Positions 18,236-26,784 of a stretch of DNA of 64,000 nt are shown here, piece after piece. How positions within the stretch are numbered: position 1 is the stretch's first letter; the number at the start of each line of letters is the position of its first letter. Source of the stretch: an uncultured Alphaproteobacteria bacterium. Lineage in GTDB: Bacteria; Pseudomonadota; Alphaproteobacteria; HIMB59; GCA-002718135. The translations under genes were made by a program, and so were the position numbers. The DNA is taken from NCBI GenBank assembly GCA_902623545.1, contig CACNUI010000004.1, positions 36,860 through 100,859 of the forward strand, given 5' to 3'. The notes under the pieces are model-generated. The model made no database searches and had not been told where the DNA came from. It worked only from the letters and a program-made list of their open reading frames with translations.

Positions 18236-20095
18236 TTAAAATAAATGATGAGTCCACCCAAATTTTTTAAGCATATTAGTTACATTAAATAAACAATTCC
18301 TATAACTATTCCAAGATCTCATCGATCTACCCTTCCATGCTATTTCAGATAATGTAGCTAATCTAGGATTTATCATTTCATCAAAGTATTCTTTTTTAGT
18401 AATTGTTTCTGACCATAATTGAGCTTGAATACCTTTAATTAGATTTTTATTATTTAATTGTTCCTCTGGTATCCAATTAAATATATCCTTTACTTCTATT
18501 GTTGAAGCCCAAGATAAACCCCTTTCTTCAGTTGAATTATTGTGAGCCATATCAAAATATGTTTTCTCACCTGGGCATAAAATTGTTTCAAAATTTTTAT
18601 TAGTTACATCTCTTGCAACATCAGAATTTTCCCATGCAAAGATTAAACATGATCTATCTATGTTCCCAGCACTTCCACCAACTGCATGATCAATATGTGG
18701 AGAAACTGCTGCTTCATTCCAAGCTGCTGTTCTTTTATTTTTTGATTTAATAATATCAATCAAATAATTCATGTAATAATCTTGAAATTCTTCTTGTGAA
18801 TTAATTTTATTTTTTTTCATAAACTCATTTATTGAAGGTGATCCTTTCCAAGAATTTTTGGGCCTTTCATCTAATCCCACATGTATAGTATCAAAAGTAA
18901 AAATTTCACATATTTCTTCAAGAAGATTTTTTAAGAATTTTTTGGTTTTTTCTAATGAGGGATCAATGGTGTTATTTTTGTAAGATCCAATATCTTCACT
19001 AATTATATTTGAATTTTTGTCTCTTAATTCAGGCATTATTTGCAATAATGTCCAAGAATGAGCAGGTAAATCAATTTCAGGCATAATTTCTATATTATAC
19101 TTTTTTGCATATTTAATTAATTTTTTAACATCCTGTTTTTTGTAAAAGCCACCATATTGATTAAAGCCACTACCATAAAATGGTGGTATCTTCATATTAT
19201 AACCCCGGTACCCTCCAATATCTGTAAGTTCAGGATAATTTTTTATTTCAATTCTCCAAGCTTCGTTATCAGTTAAATGCCAATGAAATCTATTCATTTT
19301 AAAGAGAGCCATATAATCAAGAAGTTTTTCAATTTCTTTAATCGAATAAAATTGTCTAGCACAATCTAAATGCATTCCTCTCCAAGTATATTTTGGCTTA
19401 TCATAAATTTCACATAAAGGTATTCTATTTTTATAATAATAAATAATTTGGATAAGAGTCATTATTGCATAAAATTTTCCTCCATAAGATTTATAAAAAA
19501 TTAAAATTTTATGTTTTAAAATTTTTAGAGAATACTCATCATAAGCTAAATCTTTTTCTAAAAAATAAATTGGAAACCCTTTAGATTTTGTAAAACTAAT
19601 ATTAAGGTTTGATATTAATTTTTTAGTATTATTAAATATATCTTCACCATTAATTAATTTGAAATATTTATTAGTAATATCTGATAAATCTTTTTTAATT
19701 ATATATTTAAGAGGCTCAGGTATGATTGGTACAAAATTTTTTTCTATTTTCAGATCTGGATATTTTGGTTTTTTTATTATTTTTTCAAATAACAGTTCAT
19801 TTACGTAAAGTTTTTCATTTTCATTTTTTTTATTAATTAAAAAAGCACCCTCTGGGCCACATGACTTATTGTAAGAACCTATCTTTGGTACTTGCAACTT
19901 AATTAATATAGTGTGCTTTTTTATTTTTAGTTCATAATATCTTCCTATTTGTTTTGTGATCTTTGCGCCATCAATAGATTGTATTGAATAAACTAGTGAA
20001 AAACATAATTTTAAATTGTTATTCAAAATATTTTTACTTAAAACTATTTTCAATTGATTTTTTTTTGTAAATGATGGATTTATCTGAAATAACAT
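18236..20095 (-). CDS. Glycoside hydrolase family 20 beta-N-acetylhexosaminidase, apparently cytoplasmic
   Basis: GMHLDCARQF, NRFHWHLTDNEAWR, PEIDLPAHS and the catalytic-pair region IHVGLDE. No N-terminal signal peptide is evident. Confidence 0.85.
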   Translation of the reverse strand: MLFQINPSFTKKNQLKIVLSKNILNNNLKLCFSLVYSIQSIDGAKITKQIGRYYELKIKKHTILIKLQVPKIGSYNKSCGPEGAFLINKKNENEKLYVNELLFEKIIKKPKYPDLKIEKNFVPIIPEPLKYIIKKDLSDITNKYFKLINGEDIFNNTKKLISNLNISFTKSKGFPIYFLEKDLAYDEYSLKILKHKILIFYKSYGGKFYAIMTLIQIIYYYKNRIPLCEIYDKPKYTWRGMHLDCARQFYSIKEIEKLLDYMALFKMNRFHWHLTDNEAWRIEIKNYPELTDIGGYRGYNMKIPPFYGSGFNQYGGFYKKQDVKKLIKYAKKYNIEIMPEIDLPAHSWTLLQIMPELRDKNSNIISEDIGSYKNNTIDPSLEKTKKFLKNLLEEICEIFTFDTIHVGLDERPKNSWKGSPSINEFMKKNKINSQEEFQDYYMNYLIDIIKSKNKRTAAWNEAAVSPHIDHAVGGSAGNIDRSCLIFAWENSDVARDVTNKNFETILCPGEKTYFDMAHNNSTEERGLSWASTIEVKDIFNWIPEEQLNNKNLIKGIQAQLWSETITKKEYFDEMINPRLATLSEIAWKGRSMRSWNSYRNCLFNVTNMLKKFGWTHHLF

Positions 20096-20106
20096 TGATA
20101 TAAATT

Positions 20107-21174
20107 ATGGGATTTGAAGATACATATAAACATAAACCTCAAATAAAAGAAAGTGCTAATGCGCGTGTTAATCTTATCGGAGAACACACTGATTACACAG
20201 GGGGTTATGTTATGCCTACTTTGTTAAAATTTAAAAATACAATTGAATTATCAAAAAACAGTGAAAAACAATTTGTTGTATTTTCAGAATATTTTAATGA
20301 AAAAAAAGTTTTTAATGATTTTGTTAAATCAAAATACAGTGATTGGTCTGATTATATAAAAGGATGTTTTTTTATTTTTTTTGATGAAAACAAAAAGATC
20401 AAATTAGAACACTTTAATATGTACATCAAATCTACAATTCCATTAGGACGTGGTATTTCATCATCATCAGCACTATGTGTATCAATCTTAAAAGCGTTAA
20501 ATACTTATTTTAATACACAAATGAATGGAAGGCATTTAGCTATTTTAGCAAAGAAGGTTGAAAATCAATATATCGGTGTCTCTAGTGGTATAATGGATCA
20601 AATGGTTTCTTCAATTGGTATATATGGTAAAGCATTTTTTTTAGACTGTCTAAATTTAAAATATGAACTTGTAAGTTTTCCATCAAATTGGAAATTTTGC
20701 CTTATTGATTCTGAAGTGCAAAGAAATTTACGAAGTAGTTCATATAATGATCGTTTTAGTGAATTAAAAATAGCAGAAAAAGAACTTGCAGTTGAATATT
20801 TAGGTGGAGTTGAGATAAATAAATTTGATACAGATAAGATTTCAAGTCCAACGGTTATTAAACGAGCAAGACATGTTGTTACCGAGAACTATAGAGTTTT
20901 AAAAGCAAAAGAAAGTTTGCTAAATGATGATATCTCTCAGTTTGGTAAATTAATGATTGAGAGTCACAATTCTTATTCAAAAGATTTTGAAGCATCAACT
21001 AAAGATGTTGATGACATTGTAGATAGATCTATTCAATGTGGAGCTTTAGGAGCGAGATTAACAGGTGGTGGATTTGGAGGTTTTACCGTCTCTCTAATAG
21101 AAAAAGATAAATTTTCAAATTGGTATAAAAAAATAAATAAATTTTACCCTGCAGAAAAAATATTTGAAGTATAA
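20107..21174 (+). CDS. galK: GHMP kinase, galactokinase family
   Basis: Galactokinase signature ARVNLIGEHTDYTGGYVMP, GHMP motif PLGRGISSSSAL, and C-terminal GARLTGGGFGG. Confidence 0.8.
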   Translation: MGFEDTYKHKPQIKESANARVNLIGEHTDYTGGYVMPTLLKFKNTIELSKNSEKQFVVFSEYFNEKKVFNDFVKSKYSDWSDYIKGCFFIFFDENKKIKLEHFNMYIKSTIPLGRGISSSSALCVSILKALNTYFNTQMNGRHLAILAKKVENQYIGVSSGIMDQMVSSIGIYGKAFFLDCLNLKYELVSFPSNWKFCLIDSEVQRNLRSSSYNDRFSELKIAEKELAVEYLGGVEINKFDTDKISSPTVIKRARHVVTENYRVLKAKESLLNDDISQFGKLMIESHNSYSKDFEASTKDVDDIVDRSIQCGALGARLTGGGFGGFTVSLIEKDKFSNWYKKINKFYPAEKIFEV

Positions 21175-21175
21175 G

Positions 21176-22246
21176 TTATTTTAATAACCTTCTTAGTTTG
21201 CCTTCTGTAGAATCATGATCAATATAACATCCTTGTAAATGTCTAAATCCAGTATTGGGATCAAATTTTGTTCTTCCATGTAATGTACGTAAATTATCAA
21301 ACATAGCAATCATGCCTTTAGATAATCTAAATTTAATTTTAAATTGATCAGAATTACAAAGTTCATACATACATTTTCTGGCTTTATAAAAAGTTTTTAA
21401 TTTTTCTTGATTGAGATATGGGACATAATCCAATCTTCCACTAAAACTAATTTGCCTAAACTTACCATCATCGTCGAGCTCAATAAGTTTAGATTTATTC
21501 TCTAATATAACATCAACATCCGTAAACTTAAAATTTACATTAGTGTTAGTGAGAATTTGATAAAATTCTTTATTGTTCTCTCTTAAATATTCAGCAACAC
21601 TAAAACCGTCAACTAAACTTGAATCGCCACCAGTTGATTCATTTGCTATACAATGCAAGAGTTGAATACCTGGAACTGGTTTTCGATAAGGATTATCAGA
21701 ATGTGATTTTAATTCTAGAGCTGTGTATGCTAGATCATTAGGATTAGGTTTTGATACCACATTAAATAATTTTCCCCAGTTAGTAGTACGAACTGGACCA
21801 ATTTTTTCTGCGAAATTTAATACTTCATTTTCTACAGCTTCTGTATTTTCAATTATTACATATCCATACTCGTAGAAAGTTTTTAACATTTGAATTAAGC
21901 TCTCAGAATCTTGAAAAATTTTATTATTATCGAATATTTTTAAAGTGTCTTTTTTATTCCAAATTTTTTTTGATGGAATAGAATCAACCGAGTTTATTTC
22001 TTGATATAATTCATCAATACTAATCTTTCCTTTTACGCCATCAGAAAATGTAATACTTATAAATTTACCTTGAATTGAATAATTATTTATCAATAAGTTC
22101 TCATCTAGTAATGAAGGCTCATATAATCTTTGGAGATTATTAGGATCAACAAATTCATCACCTATTAGTCTTTCTCTAAGCCATAAACTATGTAAAATAG
22201 CACCTTTCAATACTCCTTCCTCTATAACTATTTCTTGTGAACTCAT
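21176..22246 (-). CDS. Fe(II)/2-oxoglutarate dioxygenase, gamma-butyrobetaine hydroxylase / trimethyllysine hydroxylase-like (TauD superfamily)
   Basis: HSD facial-triad motif (KSHSDNPY), PGIQLLHC block and distal LHGR. An N-terminal DUF971-like domain is present. Confidence 0.65.
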   Translation of the reverse strand: MSSQEIVIEEGVLKGAILHSLWLRERLIGDEFVDPNNLQRLYEPSLLDENLLINNYSIQGKFISITFSDGVKGKISIDELYQEINSVDSIPSKKIWNKKDTLKIFDNNKIFQDSESLIQMLKTFYEYGYVIIENTEAVENEVLNFAEKIGPVRTTNWGKLFNVVSKPNPNDLAYTALELKSHSDNPYRKPVPGIQLLHCIANESTGGDSSLVDGFSVAEYLRENNKEFYQILTNTNVNFKFTDVDVILENKSKLIELDDDGKFRQISFSGRLDYVPYLNQEKLKTFYKARKCMYELCNSDQFKIKFRLSKGMIAMFDNLRTLHGRTKFDPNTGFRHLQGCYIDHDSTEGKLRRLLK

Positions 22247-22295
22247 TAAAATAATTTCTTAAATAATTTTTAAAATTGTGTAAAATAAATTATTT

Positions 22296-22541
22296 ATGAA
22301 TTTTAAATTATTTGGAGATAAGTGGACGCAATATTACAAAAGAGGATTTTTGGTATCTTTTTTTATAATCAGTTTTATGTGTGTAATTGATCAAATATTA
22401 AATACACCACTGTTCTTTTCTAAAATTAATAATTTATCTATTTTTTTATTTACTTTATCTACAATCTTCTTTGCGTCAGTTTTTTGTGGTTTATTAGGTA
22501 TGGTTTATTTATTATTTGTCTCAATCATTAGTAAAAAATAA
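22296..22541 (+). CDS. Hypothetical small membrane protein (two predicted TM helices)
   Basis: Supported only by the ORF and its hydrophobicity. No obvious RBS. Confidence 0.35.
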   Translation: MNFKLFGDKWTQYYKRGFLVSFFIISFMCVIDQILNTPLFFSKINNLSIFLFTLSTIFFASVFCGLLGMVYLLFVSIISKK

Positions 22542-22719
22542 TTTTTACTTTCTTTTAAAGATATTCTTAAGGACAAAATCATTGTCTTTTTTTGATAATC
22601 TCCAAAGACAATAGCCCAAAAAAGCAATCCATAATAATGCAAATAAAAAAATATTATCCATCATAAAAAAGTAGATGGATTGAGTAAATGATTGAACACT
22701 AAGATAATTCATAAAGAAT

Positions 22720-22741
22720 AAGGGCAGATTACTCTGCCCTT
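22720..22741 (-). terminator. Rho-independent terminator of the amt / small-ORF transcript
   Basis: AAGGGCAGA-ttac-TCTGCCCTT forms a perfect 9-bp stem 17 nt after the small-ORF stop. On the minus strand it is followed by the U-rich stretch UAUUCUUUAU. Confidence 0.6.
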
Positions 22742-22757
22742 AACAAATATTCAAATA

Positions 22758-22931
22758 TTATTTGTGTTTATCAGCAACTTCACTCTCATGCCTTGCAGCT
22801 GACCAAATAATGCCTACGCATATTGCAGCTACAACCAAGCTGAGGAATACTAATATTCCGGGAGAATCTGCCCATGTAAAATAAGCATCTACTCCTTCCC
22901 AACTATTTTCTGGTCCAGGAAATGAATTCAT
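22758..22931 (-). CDS. Unannotated 57-aa single-pass membrane protein translationally coupled to amt
   Basis: My own translation is MNSFPGPENSWEGVDAYFTWADSPGILVFLSLVVAAICVGIIWSAARHESEVADKHK. The ATG lies 15 nt after the amt stop and is preceded by AAAGGAAC. The ORF is below the size cut-off of the supplied track. Confidence 0.5.
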   Translation of the reverse strand: MNSFPGPENSWEGVDAYFTWADSPGILVFLSLVVAAICVGIIWSAARHESEVADKHK

Positions 22932-22946
22932 ATTTAGTTCCTTTCT

Positions 22947-24230
22947 CTATCTTTCTTGGTAAGCTTTGAGACCTAGTTCAGCGCTGTCAATACCAGCCAT
23001 TTGAACTTCATCAGGCACTCTCAACCATCCCATAGATTTCATTGCTAGTGAAATAACATAGCCAGGAATAAATCCTGTTGCTATCATAGTTATAGCACCA
23101 ACCAACTGTCCAACAAAAGATGTCGGTGGAATATCTCCAGATGCAGGATATCCTGCAGCAAATATACCAACCACTAAAACACCTAAAATACCTGAAACAC
23201 CGTGCACTGATACAGCACCAACACAGTCATCTATTTTAAATGTATTATGTAACCAATTGTTTGCTGGTATAATTACTATGCCTGCCACAACACCCATAAT
23301 AAATGCAAAACCAGGATACCAAATGTCTAAACCGCCTGCACATATAAATATACCTGCTAGACCTCCAGACATCATCCAGAAAGGATTCCCTTTACTGTAC
23401 CAGAATGCTCCTATCATTCCACCTGATAATCCCATAAGGGTATTAAATGCAAATGAAGAAAGAGTTGCTGGTGCACCATAAATGTTAATCCAGCCACCTA
23501 AATCTGAACCTGCCCATATTAAACAGCCTCCAAGGAAACCAAAGAAACCAACTATGAGCATTAACAAACCTATAAATGATGAAACTAAGCTGTGACCCTC
23601 AATTTCATTTGCGGTACCATCTTCGTTGTATTTTCCAATACGTGGGCCAAGATTTAAAAGAACTCCAAATGCAAACCAACCAGCGATTGTATGTACAACA
23701 CCAGCTGCTCCAACATCATGATATCCAAAACCTGTGACTAACCATCCATCAGGATGCCATCCCCAAGATGCACCGATAATCCAAACTACTGAACCAAGTA
23801 TTACAGCTAAGAAAGTAAAAGCACTCAATCTAATTCTTTCAATAACCGCACCTGAAAAAATTGAAGCTGTTGTGCAAGCAAATAAAGTAAATGCTGCCCA
23901 GAAGACACCTGTCGCCTGGTCACTTAGCATTGGTCCCATAGAAACATTCCAAGGTGTTCCATATCCTTCTAAATCAATAGGTACGAAACCTGCAGGGAAT
24001 GCTAAATAAATGTACCATCCGAATAACCAAAAAGTTGGTATCATAAATGCAAAGGCTAAAAGGTTTTTAACACCTGAAGAAACAGCGTTCTTCATACGTG
24101 TTGCACCTACCTCATACATTAAGAAACCAACATGGATGATAACCATAAATGCAGTACACCACCAATAATAGGCTTCCATTGAAACGTTAGCTTGGGTGGT
24201 GACAAAGGTATTTAACTCCTCTAAAGTCAT
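22947..24230 (-). CDS. amt: Ammonium (possibly methylammonium) transporter, Amt family
   Basis: About 11 TM helices and the twin-His blocks VVHTIAGW and VSVHGVSGILGV. GGAAGGAG RBS. Confidence 0.9.
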   Translation of the reverse strand: MTLEELNTFVTTQANVSMEAYYWWCTAFMVIIHVGFLMYEVGATRMKNAVSSGVKNLLAFAFMIPTFWLFGWYIYLAFPAGFVPIDLEGYGTPWNVSMGPMLSDQATGVFWAAFTLFACTTASIFSGAVIERIRLSAFTFLAVILGSVVWIIGASWGWHPDGWLVTGFGYHDVGAAGVVHTIAGWFAFGVLLNLGPRIGKYNEDGTANEIEGHSLVSSFIGLLMLIVGFFGFLGGCLIWAGSDLGGWINIYGAPATLSSFAFNTLMGLSGGMIGAFWYSKGNPFWMMSGGLAGIFICAGGLDIWYPGFAFIMGVVAGIVIIPANNWLHNTFKIDDCVGAVSVHGVSGILGVLVVGIFAAGYPASGDIPPTSFVGQLVGAITMIATGFIPGYVISLAMKSMGWLRVPDEVQMAGIDSAELGLKAYQER

Positions 24231-24313
24231 ATTTTCTCCTTCCGAGTATATAAAAATACCGTTTGACTCATTTAATTATCAATATGGAAGTTTTAGAAAT
24301 GCGAGATTTGATC

Positions 24314-24365
24314 TGCGTTCCTTCAGTTAAAACTTACTTCCGTCTCAATAAGCGAGATGAACGAT
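24314..24365 (-). promoter_or_regulatory. glnA RNA motif (glutamine riboswitch)-like aptamer in the amt 5' leader
   Basis: The minus-strand RNA is AUCGUUCAUCUCGCUUAUUGAGACGGAAGUAAGUUUUAACUGAAGGAACGCAG. A closing helix CGUUC/GAACG, an internal UCUC/GAGA hairpin, and the ACGGAAGUA and GAAGGAACG blocks match the motif consensus as I remember it. Confidence 0.7.
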
Positions 24366-24482
24366 AATTCTTTCTGTTTTTTTATATTTTTGCTGAGATT
24401 CAACAAGTTCAAAAGTTATTTAAATTCATTGATAATTGTTTTTTTTTCTTGTAATTTCTTGGTTTTAATGGGGTAGAATAAT

Positions 24483-25808
24483 ATGTCACAGGATCTTTCA
24501 AAAATTGCTAAACAAAAAAAAATTAAATATTTTCTAATAAGTTACGTTGATTTCTTTGGAGTATTACGTTCAAAATTAGTTCCAGCACAAGTAATCAAAG
24601 ACATGCAAAAAGAGGGTGCTGGGTTTGCTGGGTTTGCTACTTACCTTGACATGTCTCCTGCTGACCCTGATATGGTATCAATACCGGATCCCTCGAGCTT
24701 AATACAATTACCATGGCAACCTGAAGTTGGATGGCTTGCAGGTGATTTATGGATGGATGGAAAGCCAGTTCAATCATCACCAAGGGTAATGCTTAAAAAT
24801 CAAATTAGCGAATTAAAGAAAAAAAATATGTTTTTAAAATCCGGTGTCGAATGTGAGTATTTTTTGATTTCACAAGATGGCAATTCTATTGCTGATGAAA
24901 AGGATCAGGCGTTTAAACCTTGCTATGATCAATCAGCTTTAATGAGGCAATATGATTTAATCAAAGAAATTTGTGATTCTATGATTAAACTTGGTTGGGG
25001 GCCTTATCAAAATGATCATGAAGATGCTAATGGCCAGTTTGAAATGAATTGGGATTTTTCTGACTGCCTAACAACTGCTGATAGACATGTTTTTTTTAAA
25101 TTTATGGTCAAAGCGCTTGCCGAGAAAAGAGGTTTAAGAGCAACATTTATGCCAAAACCATTTTCAAATAAAACAGGAAATGGTTGTCACGCGCATGTAT
25201 CCTTATGGGATAAAAAAGGTAGAAATATTTTTTTGGATAAAAAAGATAAATTAGGTTTATCTAAAAATGCTTATAATTTTATTGGTGGAATTATGCATTC
25301 AGCAGAAGCCTTAACAGCTTGGTTTAATCCAACAGTAAATAGTTTTAAAAGAATCAACGCACCTGTAACTGACTCAGGAGCAACTTGGTCTCCAAATACA
25401 ATTACATATTCAGGAAATAATAGAACACATATGATAAGGGTACCAGGTTCAGGAAGATTTGAATTAAGATTAATGGATGGAGCAGTTAATCCTTACCTTC
25501 TTCAAGCAGGAATTATTGCTGCTGGGATGGATGGGATGAAAAATAAAAGAAATCCTGGTAAGCCAATCCATATCAATATGTATGAAGAAGCTCATAAAAT
25601 TAAGAATGCAAAAAAACTTCCAAAAAATCTTGATATAGCGCTTACGAATTTATCAAAAAGTAAAGTAATGCAAAAAGCTTTTAGTCAAAAAACTATTAAT
25701 TCTTATGTTAAATTACGTACAACGGAAATTAAACAATTCAAAAAATCCAGTGATAGCAAAAAGAAGGGTATTACCAATTGGGAAAAAACAAATACTCTTG
25801 ATTGTTAA
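24483..25808 (+). CDS. Glutamine-synthetase-family ligase, type III (GlnT)-like; candidate gamma-glutamyl-amide synthetase
   Basis: GS catalytic blocks are ECEYF, DHEDANGQFEMN, NGCHAHVSLW, NSFKR and RFELRLMDGAVNPYL. It is transcribed divergently from amt. Confidence 0.75.
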   Translation: MSQDLSKIAKQKKIKYFLISYVDFFGVLRSKLVPAQVIKDMQKEGAGFAGFATYLDMSPADPDMVSIPDPSSLIQLPWQPEVGWLAGDLWMDGKPVQSSPRVMLKNQISELKKKNMFLKSGVECEYFLISQDGNSIADEKDQAFKPCYDQSALMRQYDLIKEICDSMIKLGWGPYQNDHEDANGQFEMNWDFSDCLTTADRHVFFKFMVKALAEKRGLRATFMPKPFSNKTGNGCHAHVSLWDKKGRNIFLDKKDKLGLSKNAYNFIGGIMHSAEALTAWFNPTVNSFKRINAPVTDSGATWSPNTITYSGNNRTHMIRVPGSGRFELRLMDGAVNPYLLQAGIIAAGMDGMKNKRNPGKPIHINMYEEAHKIKNAKKLPKNLDIALTNLSKSKVMQKAFSQKTINSYVKLRTTEIKQFKKSSDSKKKGITNWEKTNTLDC

Positions 25809-25817
25809 TAAAAAAGT

Positions 25818-26363
25818 ATGACTAAGGTAGGCTGGAGAGATTTTATTGTATGGCAATGTAGCTTACGTCAACGAAACTTTCGAATGTTTCAGGGCAAACC
25901 TTCTGAAGGTATAATTTGTAAAATATATGATAAAAAGAATAATAAAGATATAAAAAACTTTGTTAGTGTTTTATTAGAAAATAAAGTTAAAGAAGCTTCA
26001 AAAATGTTTGAGTATATGAATAAAAGAACTCACGACCCTGAAGAAAGATATTCGAAAGCAGTAAAACTATTTTCATCAGAATACTTCAATACACCAGAAA
26101 ACTTTGATGGACGATTTACTGCCACCTTTGCAGATAATGACACATTTGTTAAAAAAATAAAAACATCAATTAAATATCAAGCTCAATTTTTTGAAAGAGA
26201 TAGTGGATTTGATTTTCCAGTAAAAATAAAAAAACTAAAAAAAACTGACTATGAATGGCAATGTACTTTTTGGCACAATTTAATGTTTAATCCTGGTTTA
26301 AACGAAAATATTGAAGTACTACTTTTCACTCCTATTACAACTGGAATAAAAAGAAGTAATTAA
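25818..26363 (+). CDS. Hypothetical protein (181 aa), no recognisable family
   Basis: The ORF starts 9 nt after the GS-like gene and appears soluble. I recognise no motifs. Confidence 0.5.
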   Translation: MTKVGWRDFIVWQCSLRQRNFRMFQGKPSEGIICKIYDKKNNKDIKNFVSVLLENKVKEASKMFEYMNKRTHDPEERYSKAVKLFSSEYFNTPENFDGRFTATFADNDTFVKKIKTSIKYQAQFFERDSGFDFPVKIKKLKKTDYEWQCTFWHNLMFNPGLNENIEVLLFTPITTGIKRSN

Positions 26364-26776
26364 TTTTTTTTGTAAGCTTTTTTTAATGTTACAAGAGGAT
26401 GATTTGAAGACATTTGAAATTTAATTAATAGTTCTCTTGCAATCATATCCCTGTCTTGTTGATCTTTTGGTAATTTTAAATTTGGTGGAGTTGTTACCCA
26501 GCCGTTGATATTTCTATCAAAAACTGCAGGCTTACCATCTTCATAACCCATATGAACATCTTCTAGCCAGTTCAAATCATCCCAACCCATGTGCTCAATA
26601 TATTTTTGTAGGAAAGGAGTAATTCTTGTGTAATCAGGTAGAAGATTTACATCATAACGATATCCAATATGTTGGCCGATCATTTTCTCTCGAGCAGTTT
26701 TAATACCTTTGTCTTTTGTTTTAACTGAAGAAGTTTTTTTCTTAACAGTTTTTTTTGTTTTTTTCTTTTTTGCCAT
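26360..26776 (-). CDS. Hypothetical protein (138 aa) with polylysine N-terminal tail, last gene of the gmaS/mgs operon
   Basis: It starts 8 nt after the mgsC-like stop. The N-terminus is MAKKKKTKKTVKKKTSSVKTKDK. I recognise no family. Confidence 0.5.
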   Translation of the reverse strand: MAKKKKTKKTVKKKTSSVKTKDKGIKTAREKMIGQHIGYRYDVNLLPDYTRITPFLQKYIEHMGWDDLNWLEDVHMGYEDGKPAVFDRNINGWVTTPPNLKLPKDQQDRDMIARELLIKFQMSSNHPLVTLKKAYKKN

Positions 26777-26784
26777 TTTCTATC

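Noticed and set aside
22545-22664. A 39-aa minus-strand ORF (MMDNIFLFALLWIAFLGYCLWRLSKKDNDFVLKNIFKRK) downstream of the amt terminator.
   Set aside because: It lies after a strong terminator, has no evident promoter or RBS, and runs up to within 4 nt of the end of the plus-strand 81-aa ORF. The sequence alone cannot distinguish it from chance in AT-rich DNA.
24284-24367. A 27-aa plus-strand ORF in the amt / GS-like intergenic region.
   Set aside because: It is exactly antisense to the riboswitch-like element and has no RBS. The conserved sequence there is better explained by RNA structure on the other strand.
24483-25808. Calling any of the three GS-fold genes (24483-25808, 29948-31420, 51664-53022) the housekeeping glutamine synthetase glnA.
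   Set aside because: All three sit in amine-catabolic contexts (mgs genes, ALDH/ADH, amine transporter). Their lengths and sequence blocks resemble GlnT/GmaS/PuuA-type paralogues rather than GSI. Without an alignment of the ammonium-site residues, the glnA call is unsupported.
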